A stretch of DNA of 64,000 bases, taken from positions 26,538,001-26,602,000 of the forward strand of contig NW_024704742.1 of assembly GCF_018977255.1 (NCBI RefSeq), given 5' to 3'. The translations under genes and the position numbers were made by a program. The number at the start of each line of letters is the position of its first letter. The stretch's first letter is position 1. Origin of the DNA: Callorhinchus milii. Its lineage: Eukaryota. Under the pieces are notes generated by a model, which ran no database searches, was not told the DNA's origin, and was given only the letters and a program-made list of their open reading frames with translations. Below, in pieces: positions 49,981 to 64,000 of the stretch.

Positions 49981-52444
49981 TAGTACCATCTAGTTTATAT
50001 TCTTCTCCTCATTCTTCCTCCCAAACTGCATCACATTGCATTTCTCCACAGTAAACTTCATCTACCACGTGTCTGCCCATTTTACCAGTCTGTCTTTGTC
50101 CATTTGCAGTCTGCTACTATCCTCCTCACCGTTTACTACTTTTGCTAGCTTTGTATCACCTGCAAACTTGGAAATTGTACTCCTTATACCCAAGTTCAGG
50201 TCATTTTCCTAGATCAAAAAGAGCAGTGATCCTAATAGCGACCCCTGGGGGATACCACACCTCCCTCCAGTCAGAAAAACAACCATTTCACAAATCAACA
50301 ATTTCACTTTTTTAAAAAAAAAGAATTTTCAAGGTATTTGCAAGTCATTTCTTGAATTAAAATTTTGTCAAAATATACATTGCTCCTCTTGAGAAGAAAA
50401 TTGTTCCAACAAACCAATTCAACCCTCTGCCCCTTCTCCCTCCAAGGAAACAAACACAGCCCCACACAGTATTTAACCTCCCTGTTATATGATGACAAAT
50501 TCCTTTCAGAAAACAAGTTGCTATTGATCAAAGTTGCAAACAAGGTGAGTTGGAGTGAAACTGGGTAAAAATGAGACGGTAAAAATGAGAGGGGCAAAAC
50601 ATTTACAAGTAACTGATCAAGTGTGTCATATTGGAAGCAGCATGCATCAGTGAAAGACTTCAGAGTTAACTGCACAGATTCCCTGCACAATGTATTTTCA
50701 ACATCAGGGAGGAGAGAATGTGCGGTGGGGAAGGGTCGGGTGGGAAAAAGACAGAGAGAGGCTTGACCTCTGTCATTCATTTCTGAAGACCAGTTGCTAG
50801 TTACAGGGTCTGGGAGGAGCTCACTGCCCATCTACAAATGGAGTAGGGGATGTATTCAAAACCAGGAATGGAAATTAAATGGCTGAATAAACACTGCAAA
50901 CACCTTTCTGAAAAGTGGTCGCTTCGTTGAGAGGACAAAATTAACAAACTCAATGATTTGTCAACACACGGAAATATTCTAGAAAATGGCCAATTCATAC
51001 TTTTAGAATAAGTTTGAAAGGATGATGAATTAGATTCATCTACCATCAAATGAAAAGCCTTGGTGTAGCACAGGGTTGCCATGGAGCAATTTATCCCAGA
51101 AAATCTTTGAAAAGTTGCTATTATAAATCAATCATTCACTTGTTACATTTCTCACAAGTACAAGAACTGTCTCCATTTCAAAGAGGTTTTTTTTGGAGGG
51201 GTGGAGGTGGTGTCAAACATCTCAGAATTTTCTCTGTTCCTGAACCCGTTTATAGTTTACCTTTTATATATCCTTTGGGATATAAAAGGTATTGAAAAAT
51301 ACCAAAGATTTCCTTCTTTAACTCCTGAAAGACCTTTCGAGGCAGACAGGGATAACGATCCTTCAGATGAGAAGACACTGCATTAATTAAACATTATACA
51401 GCGTGATCAAAGTTAATAGCTGAAATGACAGACATGCTTTCGGAAAATGAGATGCACAAGGTCCTTTCAAACAGATTGGTTCTCCTTTCTCCCAAGCAGA
51501 TCATTTGACTTTCTTTTTACCTCACCGTGGTCACAAAATTCATGTTGGGGTTTAAATTGCCGGGGGCGTGATGATGGGGGGGGGGGGGGCGCGGGGGGGG
51601 AAGAAAGGAGAGAAAGTGGGGGGGGGGAAGAATCCAAAAAGAGGTTCGTTATTAGCGGATCCCGGAGCCGAAGTGGCTGATCATATGGAATGGAGTTCAC
51701 ACGCCAAGTTCATGGAATTCCTAACAGATTGGCACCCATGCAGATTTCCTGTGGGTTGTCCATGCCCCAGACTTGCTCTTTGCTCTTTACAGTTCCCCCC
51801 ATGCAATCATCATGTGGTAGGAAATCAAGCGTTGACCCCGAGTGCTGTTATTTCCGTCAGCTGATCTTCCCCCACTCAGTTTTATATGGGATCAGTACAC
51901 TTTACGGTGTATTCTGTGAAGCGCTTTGAGACGCCTCAAAGACGTGATAGGGCGCTATATCAAATGCGAGGATTATTATTATGCCCTGCAACATTTGAAA
52001 ACACATCCTTATTCTTTTGGCTGGGGGTTGCAGCATACAGATCTCAAATGTAGCAGAAGTGGCAAGGTTACAAACGCAAACTGAAGCAGCTGCTTGCACG
52101 ACTAGGTCAGACGATTGACATGGAAGGCTGGGAAGGTGCTTTGCATCTGAAGCTTAAACCTCTTTTATTGAATGAGCAAGATGAAGCTACAAGAGATCAT
52201 CGAACATTCCTTGTTCTTCATTCATCCTTCCTTACGCTGCAGTAACAGAAAGTCAGGTCAGCTTGAAACACTTCAGTTGTCAAGTGCTTATTTGAACAAT
52301 TTTCTCTATGGATAAATATACAGTATCAATGAAATTGTGGTGGTTATGAGGGGGAATTCTTAGGTCATTGCTTTACTTTTCTGTAATGGAGATAGGAGGC
52401 TTCAGTGGACTTGGTTCCATTTTATCCTCTTGTGCCTCTAATGA

Positions 52445-52875
52445 CTTCATCAGTTAATAATAATATAATACTCTAATCCTTGCATTTAGTAGTGAAGTTT
52501 ATGTCGGGAAGACGTCCCAAACCACTTCACAGGATTTACTACGAAGTAGTGACTATATATTAATGGGCAAATACAGCACCCCAATGATAGCCATGAAGTG
52601 AATGCACAATTTTATCTGGGGGATTGTTGGCTGGAATGCTGGAGGGAAACTCCTTTCTCTTTTCAAATAGCGCCATGGGATCTTTAATGTCCACCTGAAA
52701 AGGCAGATGGGTTTAACGTATCATCTGAAAAACAGCACCTCCAACAATGCAAAACCCACCCCAATACTGCATTGAAGTGTCAGCTTAGACTATGTGACCT
52801 CATATCTCGAACTTAGGGCTTGAACCCACAACCTTCTGACTCAAAGGCGAGAGAGCTACAACCGAGTCAGGCTGA
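52445..52875 (-). mobile_element. Full-length Deu-SINE
   Basis: cttgaacccacaaccttctgactc (B-box head), gccatgggatctttaatgtccacctg body, L2-like tail. Confidence 0.85.
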
Positions 52876-54039
52876 ACATTCAACAATACATTGACTTGTG
52901 TCAAATGCAGAGCAATTGCTTTGAACAGAGCTAAAGGTTGTGCTGAGGATGGTGACAGGACTGTGTATGCTGAAGACTATAATGCTCTGTCTATTCATTA
53001 AGAATTTAGTCAGGATGGCAAAAGTTAAGCAAACAGGCGATTAGTACAAGAGAAGCTTGTACGAGACCCAGGAGACTCAGCACTTTCATCTCAGCTGTAC
53101 AAATGATCTTTAAATGATCTGCATTATGTATCTTTCTTGATTACTTCTGCTAACTCTACATTTCCACTTTAAACCTGAAGATGAAATCATTGAGAGAACC
53201 AAAGCCGCTCTTCAAACAATTGCATGCGATCAACATATAACCTTCCAAAAAACGAGTTGGTTCACATCAAGACTGCCACACTTCCAAAAGTGTTAGGATT
53301 CAAGAAAACAGCATGTGCAGATGTCTTGGGTGTTGATGAGTGGGAAAGCTCCACAAAATTCAAAGTAGATTTTAAAACTAGTATCAAACAGAACTGGAGA
53401 TGACAGAGTTCAGTTTCAGTGAGACACTAATAATCCTGGTTTGATATAATGCTTTTCGTGTCACAAAGACATCTCAAAGCACCATACAGTGCATTTTACA
53501 GTGACTGCTATTGTCGAGAGTAAAATGGCATTGATGACTAAGCAATTTTGCTTATGGTACAGTTCAGTTTTAAACACAACACATGGGGGAAGATCATCCA
53601 ACCAAAATAGCATTGCAACAACGTCCATTTCTTAAAGCAATGGTGTCCTCCCGTGTTTGCTTTTCTTCCATCCCTCCTCTGCCAGACAGGATTAAGGGTA
53701 TTATTGTTTTAATGTGGAGATTTAACAAACAAAAACAAATGATAGTCATTATCTGTAGAAATTGTAAGTCCAGAGTACACTCATAGCTCCTTTGGCTATA
53801 ATTTCATTGTCAGTTTGCATTACTCAAATGTTTATTGTACATCTGGGTGGAGAGTTATTTTATTTTTGGAACATAGGAAATAAGAAACAGGAGAAGGCCA
53901 TTCAGCCAACGAGTCTACTCTACCAGTTTTTTAGATTTTGTCATATCTTTTAATCCCAATGTCCTACTGATTTAGTACACACCTTAATATCTTTACTACC
54001 CAGTTACTATCACAGAGCCTCGAGAAAGGCTATTGTGCC

Positions 54040-54478
54040 AGCCTGGCTCAGTGGTAGGACTCTCGCCTTTCAGTCAGAAGGTTGTGGGTTCAAGCTCCAT
54101 TTCAACAAGTCAAACTCAGATAGTCTAAATTGACACTCCAATGTAGTGCTGGGGGAGAGCTGCATTGTTGAAGATGCCGTCCTTCATATGAGATGTTAAA
54201 CCATGTCTGCCTGTTCAGGTGGGCGTTAAAGATCTCATGACTATTTGAAAAGAGAAGGGAGTCTCTCATGATTGTTCCATTTCCCTCCGGCGTCCTGGCC
54301 AAAAATTCTCCAAATAAAAATGTCATTCATTTCGTACCTGTTCATGGGATAGTGTTGTGCACAAATTGGCTGCCACATTCACAAGACACACAGTAACAGC
54401 ACTAAATCCTGTGAAGCACTTTGAGACGTCCTCATGATATGAAAGGCACTGTACCAAATGTAAGAATCATTATTATTA
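54040..54478 (+). mobile_element. Full-length Deu-SINE
   Basis: tggctcagtggtaggactctcgcctttcagtcagaaggttgtgggttcaagc head; Deu core; tail. Confidence 0.87.
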
Positions 54479-54530
54479 ATTTGGGAGGTTGAAAATCTAA
54501 CTTTTAAAGATGCCAGTGTAACCCCTGGTG

Positions 54531-54854
54531 TAATAATAATAATAATAATCCTTGCATTTAATATAGCGCTTTTCACATCGGGAGGATGTCCCAAAGCGCT
54601 TCACAGAACACACTGTAAAGTGAATCGACTGTATATTTGTGGGCGAACGCGGCAGCCAATTGCGCACAGCAATGTCCCACAAACTGTCGTAGATTGAAAA
54701 TTACCAATTTATTATTGTTTTGGGTTTTGGAGGGATTATTATTAGGCGTGTGGAGTAAGGAAACTTGCCCAAGGTTTCGCCCTCTGCCTGGGATTGAACT
54801 CAGATCTCTCACTTGCAAAGCGAGTGCTCTAACCACTGAGCTACAGGACTCCAC
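54531..54854 (-). mobile_element. Full-length tRNA-derived SINE
   Basis: Reverse complement closely matches 29763-30076. Confidence 0.92.
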
Positions 54855-55699
54855 GTATAACAGACTTGAAGAACAAATAATGAATTGGCTCAACTTAATT
54901 GTACACGATGGGACCACAATGTCGTGATCCATTCAATACATTTCAAACGGAATCTAATGTTAGCAGATTCTCTGCCTCTCCCCTTCCCGTCCCCTGCAAC
55001 ATCATATTGAACCAAAGATCTTAAAGTAGCCACTATCTCAGTAACCTGCAGCCAAACACCACAATTCACAGGTCCAACAATGTAGACGCTACTTCATAGC
55101 ATTAATATTGATAACGGTTTTTGGGAGTGAAAGGGGCGAATTAAACATATAATAATAATAATTTGGTCACTCAATCCATGACCTGTTTGCGGGACACTGC
55201 TGTGCATAAATGCCTGCTCCGTTTCGCCCATAAAATATACAGTTTAAAGTATATTGTGTGAAGTGCTTTGAGATGTCTCGAAGACATGATAAGGCACTAT
55301 ATCTAATGCAAAAGTTATTATTATAATAGATGGTCACCTCTGGCCCATCTAGGGAACATATATGATAAACATAGAATGGTACAGTGCTTTATTGTCCTCC
55401 TGACGTGAAGGGGCAATTTTTTTGTAAAAAGTAGATAAAAAGCGATTTGGATTGAAATTTCACTGATTTGTGACATGAATTCATTTAAGGATTCCTTGTG
55501 CCAGTTTCTCAACCACAAAATGCTGAAATGGCACCCTGCAGTTCATTTACTTCCTACAGGATGTGTGCAGTGTGCATCTAAATTAGACCAATCTCTGGAA
55601 ACGTAAGCAATCTGGAGACCATTATGTTTCAATATGTTGTTGACTTCTAAATTGGCCGAATCTCTCAATTGGAATGAAACCATTTGCCTAGAGGTAAGA

Positions 55700-56010
55700 T
55701 AATTGTGAGGGGCTCTGATAGAGACGTTTAAGATCCTGAAAGGATTTGATACCTTCTACTTGTTGGCAAATCCAAAATGAGGTGATATAAATACAAAATA
55801 GTCACAAGCAGATCTGAAAAGCAACTCAGGAGGAACTTCACACAGACGGTGATGGAATTGTGGACCTCACCACCAGAAGTTGTGAGGTTGAAACAAAAAG
55901 GAATCAATGTATTTAAGAGTAAACTTGATGCATGCATCAGAAGGAAGGAAATAGAAGGACACTGACACGGACTACAGGTAGTTGGGTCAAATGGCCCATT
56001 GCCATGCCAT
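55700..56010 (+). mobile_element. Old CR1 3' fragment
   Basis: ctgatagagacgtttaagatcctgaaaggatttgat...gggtcaaatggccc. Similar CR1 remnants at 6840-7055, 39940-40185 and 62930-63310. Confidence 0.7.
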
Positions 56011-58049
56011 TTCATTCGATGCAATTAAGGCAAAATTCCTAAAAGAGAAAATGCATTGGCTGCCAGGGAGGGAGAATAGCCGAACAGATCAGTGTCCCTT
56101 TTTGTCATATTGGTGTGGAGAACAAGAACCACAATCATGCTTCTTGGAACACAACGACTACTTTAAAATAACATATTAATACATGAAATGTTTAAATAGC
56201 AAAATCCTATTCCCTCACCCTCTTTCCTTGATAATTTGCTAAGCAATAGACGTTACATTTTGTAGCCCAAATCAATTAATAAGCATGCCTATTCAGCTGC
56301 ACTGCCATCTCTGGTTATTATTCTCTTCGAGCCCTAAACCATCTTCATAGGTCGTCACTCTGGTATATTCGAGTCGATCCAAAGTATTCAGATCAAAAAG
56401 CTCTCCCTTTAAAGCAAATCTCACTTTCTACTGTTTTAGTTGTCCAGCAATTGCAAACGTTCACTTTAAACTGTAAAATGCTTAATGCTCCAATTCAATG
56501 CTGGGCAGTGTTGCATTGTTGGAAGTGCTGTCCAAGGTCCTGTCTGCCTGTTCAGGTGAACATTAAAGATCCCGTGGTACTGTTTGAAAAGAGGAGTGTG
56601 GGGTGGGGAGTTCTCCCACTGCCCTAGGCAACACTCATCTTGGTAAAATTGGTCATTCATTTCATGACTATTTGTGGGACATTGATGTGTGCACGTTTGC
56701 CTGCAAAATATAGTTAGTCCACTTTACAGTGAAGCACTTTGAGACGTCCTCCCAACTATATAAAAATGTAAAGAATATTTATTTTAAATGCCTAATTATA
56801 AGAAGTCTTCAACGATATAACCAAGTTGATTGTAAATGTAAAGAAAAAGGAAGAAGAGGAAGACACTAAATAGGTAACTAGTAAACATTGGTGTAATTCA
56901 TTTTATATAATGAGTGTTAAATGCAACATAATTACAACTGACATTTTAATTTTTATTGTTATTCTAGGAGGGGACATATATCTGAGACTGATCCTAGTGT
57001 GAAAATATTTTCCCACTGTTATTTATGGGGGAAGTAATGTTCTTCTCATTTCATCAGTTAACAAGTAAAGCGTACCATGGCTTTTAAGGAGAAGTGATGA
57101 ATAATTCAGCAGAGATGAGTCTAAAGCCGGCACCATTTCTAAGCCCATGGGATGTCGCTTCAGTGATTCAGTGTCAGTGCTAATTCAGCTCATGTCAAAC
57201 ACACGACATGCAGATTCTATTTAGTCTCATCTTCTGAGCCCGGATTTAGCTTTTGATAGCCACCACACACTCCCAACCCACCACCCTTCCAAACTGCAAT
57301 TTGCATTTGGTTAGGTGAACGAGTTACATTAATACAAATCATTCTTGATTTCTATCTGTGACATTTTAACCACAATTATATTCTATGCCTTCCACATGGA
57401 AGTCAAAAAACAAGACCTGATTCTGCATCCGACAAATCATTCAGGTATAAGTCTTTAAACATCTCAGTGGCAGCTCCATAATGCCTGAAGGATTCTGTTT
57501 TATCTAAAAAAAATTGAAAAGTTCACGGATGACATTCTAAGTGTTCTTGCCCACAGGTTTTCTCAAGAATGACCTATTCCTACCAAGGAGGTAAACTTCT
57601 GTTGTACTGAGCTGCAAAATCCAGAAGAGCACAGGTCAGTCGTACAGTTGTCGGATGAACTACTGCAGGCATATGCCAGGAACAGAAAATCTTTTTTTTA
57701 AAACCCAAACCAAACAGCACTTGAAATCAAAGGCTCTCTTCTCGTCTCCCGACTCTTTGGATGGGAGTGCACTCCACACAAAACTGATGTACGAGCTTGA
57801 GATGTGAAGTCAAAGACTGTTTGTGGGACACTGCTGTGCGCAATTGACTGCCGCGTTTCTCCCACAAAATATACAGTCAATTAACGTTACAGTATATTCT
57901 ATGCAGCACCACGATGATGTGATAAAGCACTAAATGAGTGGTGCACTTTTTCTGCTGCTCTTGGCAGGAAAACGAGTTTAAATCTCCAAGCTGCCAGTAG
58001 TGATATTTGTTGCATGAAGCTAGTGAACGTTCCCGACACGTGGCGAAAA

Positions 58050-59200
58050 AGGGGAGCAGGACAGTTTGGCCCATGAGCTTCTTCCTGGTCACTATTGATG
58101 TTGACGTGGATTTGCCAATTAAAGGACACGACTCAAGGAAAGTCAGTTACTCTCTCTCCACAAAGGTTCTGATACTCCCTCATTTACCACAACCAGCAGG
58201 CTCGCTAAAATCCATGAAAATTCACCCTGTCCATAGCAAGCACATTAAAGGAACAGGCAACTTTAAGACTCAATAATAAAACCATTAACTGTAGAAAGCT
58301 AAGAGACAACCAGGAATAAAAAGACTGCAGTGAAATTAATTAAAGGCATCAACTAATAAAAGAACATAAAATAGTTTATTCTAAGAATTTATGCTACATA
58401 ATGCTAAAATTACAACAATAACAAATCATATTTATATCGCACTTATCAAGTCAGGAGGATATTCAGTTATCCTCATTTACAACACACTTTTGAGAGATTT
58501 TATTCTAATATAATCCTTACATTTGATATTGTACCTTATCGAGACGTCTCAAAGTGCTCACAGGATATACTGTAAAGAACTGTGACATGTGCATTTTGTG
58601 GGTTAACGCAGCAGTCAATTTGTATGCAGCAATGTCCCAAAAACAGTCTACACGGATAAGCTCAGAAGCACCAAAGCAAATTCCCACAAGGACTATTGCA
58701 CCAAATAAACTTCAACTCAAAACATTTTTAAAAACATAATTGGTTGATGCACTGCAGGTGGTATAAAAGATAGTAAAATATCTAATGCATTTTAAATGAG
58801 AACTGGAAGTATATTAACATATTGTAACAGATTTTAAGAACATTAAGATAATGTATTCATTAATATACATCAAGTAGTCAAAATGCACAATTGCACTCAA
58901 AATGACTTTCTCTTCATGTTTGTGGATTTCAGCTTCTGAAGTTCACAAACCCACCTCCCAATACCTCCACACCACCATCTTCCTCAACCAGAAGGCAAGG
59001 CTGTCCTGCCTGCAGCCAAGGTGGATACTGGCAAAGTCAACCAAAGAGGATGAACTGGAGTGGAAAGAAATGAGATACTACCTCCCTCCCACCCCCCCTG
59101 AGCAGACATTAAACTATAGGGGAAATCCAAAGGGAAACGATAGAATTAGATCAACACAAGCTGCGGGAGTGAATCACACAAAAATGACACTGGGATGAGT
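58050..59200 (+). mobile_element. Possible decayed Penelope-like RT, interrupted by SINE pieces
   Basis: FFLVTIDV...IKGHD (LVTxDVxSLYTNIPH-like). VHKPTSQYLH and LNYRGNP (RKPT..YLH / RGYP-like) in ORF 58902..59198. Confidence 0.4.
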
Positions 59201-60779
59201 ATGGCAAGTATATGTATTGCATATGTGCCTAAGTGTGTTTACTTACGTCCATTGATTGTATTGATGCCAAAAAAAATTGTACATATCAAAACAGATGATA
59301 GTGGTGCTGAGCCTCAGAAGAATTATCTGCTTTTTCAATGTGGCACCCAATGCCAGGTCCAGCACTAGCCAGGCTTCAGATGAAACTCCATCTGCTCTGT
59401 TACAATGTGCCTTAATCCAAATCGCAGAAGTGCAACCCCCTACTGCAACAGTCTGGTTTGCTCCATTTCCTAGACTATGCCCGTAACCCCAGTGAGATGA
59501 GAATTTCTGTGATGTGGGCAGTTTTGGAACCCTGCCCAAAGGGAGCTTGTTTGTGAGTGTCCAAACACATCTCGCATAGGGCTCTTTGAAATATTGCCTG
59601 GGCTCCATCCAGCTGATATCCTTCAGCTACAAAGACAGTTAGCAATTCATTAAAACTGACAGAACAAAGTGATATAGCTTGAAGGGGGAAAATACTTAGA
59701 ACCTAGAAATGTACGACAGTGGGAAGTCATTCAGCCCATTATTTCCCATCGGTGTTTGCTCCTCCAAGAAGCCATCTATCCTAATCCCAATTCCTCGCTC
59801 TTTGCCCATAAACTCCTAGTACTCTTTCTCTGCATATGCTTGTGAAGCACATACAAGTTTACATTTTCACATCTTGCCATCTCTCCTGAAATACTAATTT
59901 ATATTGTACCGTATTCTAACAGCTTCATAGCTCTTACCACTCTTATCACTCTCTGGGTACATTCGCTCTGCTCAATTGGTGTTTCTATATAAATCCAAGT
60001 TGTTGTTGTTCTTTTTATAATTGGAAAAGTAAGGCCTTGCAAGACCTCAATTAACACTTCATTCAACCACCTGATCAGCCCTGACCTCCAGAATATCCAC
60101 TTAACAACAATTTACACTTACATCACACCTTTCAGGTTGGGAGAGAGTCTCAACATGCTTTACAAAGGATGAGCGGAACCCCAGCTGGGAAGGAGATGGG
60201 GGTGGGGCAGAAAGAGAGGAAAGAAGTAGGTGCCAAAAGCACAGTCAAAGACATACAGTCTAAGTACCACTTTAGTCTGAATCTCTCTCTCTTTCTGTCA
60301 ACTTTACTTTTAAACTTAAATGTTAAGCAGCCTTTCTGAGTTCCAACTCTCAGTGGACCGAACTCTCACCACTCTTTGGTAAACCCACACTGCTGGCGCG
60401 CACTGTGTTGAGAGTAAAAAAAAAACAACTGGTTATGATAATGACACACCGGGGCAATCGTTGGCTGAAAATACTCAACAATCATCACCATATGAGTGTA
60501 CATGTATATTAAACAACTAGCTACAGGTTCCTCTTTATAGAGAGACAAACATAATAAAATACAACGGAGAGGAAAAGTGGAATTGAATAACAATTCTCAC
60601 ACACTGGGGCATTATCAGGAATTCATTTACATTAAGATTAGGTGTGACAAATGTCAAGCAAAAATATAATAATAATTCTTGCTTTTGGTATAAAGACTTA
60701 GTACACCATTGAGACAAAACACTATGAAATAGTATGTCCTACTTGAAGGGCGTTGTATAAATGCAAGTTATCTCAAAGT

Positions 60780-61180
60780 ATTTCACAGAATTTACTGTAA
60801 ATTATGGTGACTGAAAATACTGTAAAGTGGTGTCACTATATGTATTTTGTGGGAAAATACGACAGCCAATTTGTACACAAACTGTGATTGACCAATTTTA
60901 TCTGGGGGATAAGGCAAGGATTATTATTGTTGGCCAGCACACCAGGAGAAACTCCCTTCCCTTTTCGAATAGTGCCATGGGATTTTTAACATCCACCTGA
61001 ACAGACAAATGGGACCTTGGTTTAATGTCTTACCTGAAGGACGATACCTCCAACAATGGCGAGCTTCCCCGACACAGTTTTGGGAGTGTCAGTCAAGACT
61101 GAGAGTTCAAAATCCCGATGTGAGGCTCGAGCCCACAACCTTCTGATACAGAGAGGACCAATCGAACCAGGCCAACACCC
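60780..61180 (-). mobile_element. Deu-SINE
   Basis: gccatgggatttttaacatccacctgaacagac...ctcgagcccacaaccttctga. Confidence 0.8.
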
Positions 61181-63687
61181 ATCCATGAGTTGGTACATTA
61201 TTTATGAAAATTTATTAATAGTATTTTAAAGATGTACATTAAACTATTAGCCCTGATTTCTCTTAATTTGTTGTCATCAACAAACTTGCCTTTTTGAGTG
61301 TAAATGTGCCAACACCTACAAAAAAGTGAAAGTCTTTGCCTGATTTGATCTTCGATACTCATCGAAGAAATAAAAAACTTGGCATTTACCCTGCAAACTG
61401 TGCAGACACTGGAATGCCGACTGTCAGCATAAATATCCATATATTAACACACAATTATGTATTAGTCACTGCAATGGTTAGATTTGCTCTAGACAATGCC
61501 AGCAGTAGTGTTGCACAGGAAAGCTTACAAATGCATTTGCTAGCATAGTCATTCAAAGTCCCATGATAAAATACGTACCAGTCATCCTCTACCACACGAT
61601 AACAATTCACTGTCAGCAAATAAAAAACAAGCAGTACCAACTCTGGCACAAAAATAGATCTAATGCAGCACACAATGCAATAGTGATTGCAGAACAGGCT
61701 TTTTTTTTACTTTGCAACTTTGGGGAATCTCAATTATCCATTAACAAATTTTAAAATTGAACATCAACTAGAAGTCACAAATCCAGTTTGTAAATCCCGC
61801 AACATCTACCTCCCCCTCACCCACTCCTGTGGGTGTATGACCTATAGGTTTCTTAAAGTTATACCTTTAACTGAATCCAGTAAAATGATACATCATGGAT
61901 ACAAATCAATTATTGGTGGATAACAGAAGCAAATTTAGCAGGTAGGGAACATTTTTGCTAGCTTGGTAGTGGATTGCTTATAATATTCCAAAGGGTCACA
62001 ATACACATCAAGAGGTAGACACATTGCAACAATTCCCCAAATAAAATTGGTCATTTACTCCAAAGCTGTTTTTGAGACATTGTTGTACGCAAATTGACTG
62101 TCATGTTCATCCACAAAATACATAGTCACAGCATTTTACAGTATATTTAGCAAAGTGCTTAGAGATGTCTCAAAGATGTGATAAGGTGCTATATCAATTG
62201 CAATTATTAAAATAATTATAATAAATGATTTGGACAATTTGTCTCATCATACTTTGTGAAATTCTACAGTAGATTCAAAAGAGAGTAGGGAACGTTTTGG
62301 ACGTTTAGCTAATGAAGAGAAGAAATCGAAAACCCAACATTACTTTGTATAAATCCCCCAGAATTACACAGTTATTTTAGATGATGTGCTTATATATGTG
62401 TCCACTCCCGACTGACACTTGCACACTGTGCCCAGAATTACACGGGTGGATAATTAGGATGAATGTCATTAGGAAGCAGCAGTACATCAAAGAGTTAATT
62501 AACAAACCACAGAGAGGATTCAAAGCTAATAATTACTGTGAAACAGGCATTGATTGTCCCACATGGGCAAGTAGGATATGTGACCAGCAGCCACCTTCTG
62601 CAGTTAACAATTCATCCATTGTCGCTTGCTTTTTGGTACCGAAGTAATATTCTGCTCACTACCCAAAAGACAAACAATATAGTTTTACCTGAAGCAATTG
62701 TTGGCTACAGCAGACATGAACTTTACGATCTTTCCAAGCCAACACAACTGGGGCAGGGTGGGTGGGTGGGGAGGGAAGGTAAGGTCTAGTTCTATGGGTG
62801 CTACAATTTCTCCACTTATCTCCCTCCACCCACCCAACTTCAGTAAACTGGCATCCACACATGCTCACTTTTCAGGGGCTATGAGAAGCACAACAGAGGA
62901 GAGTGACAAGGATGACTGCCATTGTTAGAGCAATGAGCTTCAAGCAAAGTTTGGATAAGCTAGAGCTCTTCAATCTTCAGAGAAGATGTCTCAAAGAGGA
63001 CCTTATAGGAGTGTGTAACATTTTGATTGAAAAAGTAAACCCAAAACATTAGTTTAGGACAGTGGAACCAGAGGACATTTGCTTAGGTTTGCAAAGAGTA
63101 ATTTCATGACAAACACCAGGAAGTCTTTCTTTACCCAGACATTAATTAATGACTTGAACAGGTTGATAGGAAGGGTGGTTGAGATGAGGATGCTGGGTTC
63201 CATTTAAAAAGCAGCTTGATGCTGTGATGGGATTGTGGTCAGGTAGGAATTCTGGAAGGATGAGATTGAATGAGCTGAAGGGTCTTTTCTCATCTAAAAC
63301 AATCTTGAGGTGATTTACAGCACACCAAATGCTTCCCTGGGTCAGATCAGCTAACTGAGCACAGAACAAAGATTTGTACAGTTTAGTATTTTTGAATGTA
63401 GGCAGCAACTTTACATTTGAAATTCTCATTTGCTAACAGTATGTAAAGCTGCACCATAATATTTTCCTTATCCCCTTTTCCCTCCAAAGTCACTCGTAAA
63501 TTTCAGGCCTTTGAGGTGCTCTGTTCCCTTCCACAGCACTTTAGACAATTACTTTACTTGGCCAGGCTTTCAGAAGCAGTGTATGCAGCACGTTGTTAAA
63601 CTCACAATTAAAATTCAAATGAAACTTTGCTAAGTACAGGAAGCCTGTTTAAGCTCTACTGCATCTCTTTTAGCTACACTCAGACCC

Positions 63688-63805
63688 ACACTTTCGCCCA
63701 CAAAATATAGTCAATTCACTTTAAAGTATATTCTCTGAAGCGCTTTGAGACATCTTGAAGACGTTATAAGGTGTTGAATCAAATGCAGGGATTATTATTA
63801 TTATA
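63688..63805 (+). mobile_element. SINE 3' tail fragment
   Basis: ttcgcccacaaaatatagtcaattcactttaaagtatattctctgaagcgctttgagac...ggattattattat. Confidence 0.8.
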
Positions 63806-64000
63806 CTCAACTAACAAATATTAATGGTGCAGAATACTATTGAAGCAAAATATTACACTCTCAATAGAAGTCAGTGCATTAAAGCAAATGTCAAGTGGAA
63901 ACAATACATTCTCGGCACTATAAAAATAGACAACCTACAACTTTATTTCGTGCTCTGCCCCATTGCATTTGATCACATAGGAATCGTGAAACACATTTCC

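Larger units (their letters stand above)
45205..50290 (-). mobile_element. CR1 LINE 3' portion (45205-45930 and 49981-50290) interrupted by an LTR element
   Basis: GFINRGIEYKRQEVMMNLYKTLVRPQLEYCVQFWAPHFRKDV. RT segment with GYPQGSLLG and tttgcaggtgataca (FADD-like) continues after 49981. Confidence 0.9.

Noticed and set aside
53583..53786. ORF beginning MGED, like PPP2R2C exon 1 (MGEDTDTRK)
   Set aside because: Wrong strand, and the similarity ends after 4 residues. The canonical first exon was not found in the window.
59240..59608. GTAAGT donor at the end of a 121-aa minus-strand ORF as an alternative exon
   Set aside because: Phase 2 relative to that ORF, so incompatible with the phase-1 acceptor at 6266.
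1..64000. CRISPR array, rRNA or prokaryotic system
   Set aside because: Eukaryotic intron-exon context; the recurring repeats are dispersed SINE/LINE tails without regular spacers.

Overview
Vertebrate genomic DNA, most likely a cartilaginous fish and probably a chimaera/elephant-shark-like holocephalan (inferred from the repeat families, not proven). The window holds three small minus-strand coding exons (6169-6266, 5598-5763, 4177-4289) of a PP2A B55 regulatory subunit gene. The best match is PPP2R2C; PPP2R2B is the alternative. The ORF track misses all three exons. The ~58 kb 5' of the first of these exons contains no recognisable canonical first exon and is probably one very large, TE-rich intron. 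TE content: a young, nearly intact L2 LINE (13-3184, TATTA TSD, one frameshift), many L2 and CR1 3' fragments, tRNA-derived SINEs and Deu-type SINEs, LF-SINE-like remnants, and decayed Gypsy/Tx1/Penelope-like pieces. A ~4 kb LTR element (45927-49980) is nested in a CR1; it has a decayed gag (MHR plus two CCHC knuckles), no detectable pol, and env-like signal-peptide and TM remnants. Other notable signals: a phase-compatible candidate alternative first exon at 28400-28445, a perfect 30-bp palindrome at 30771-30844, a ~100-bp inverted repeat pair 2 kb apart (11729/13818), and a possible fusion-glycoprotein-like env fragment at 9700-10060.
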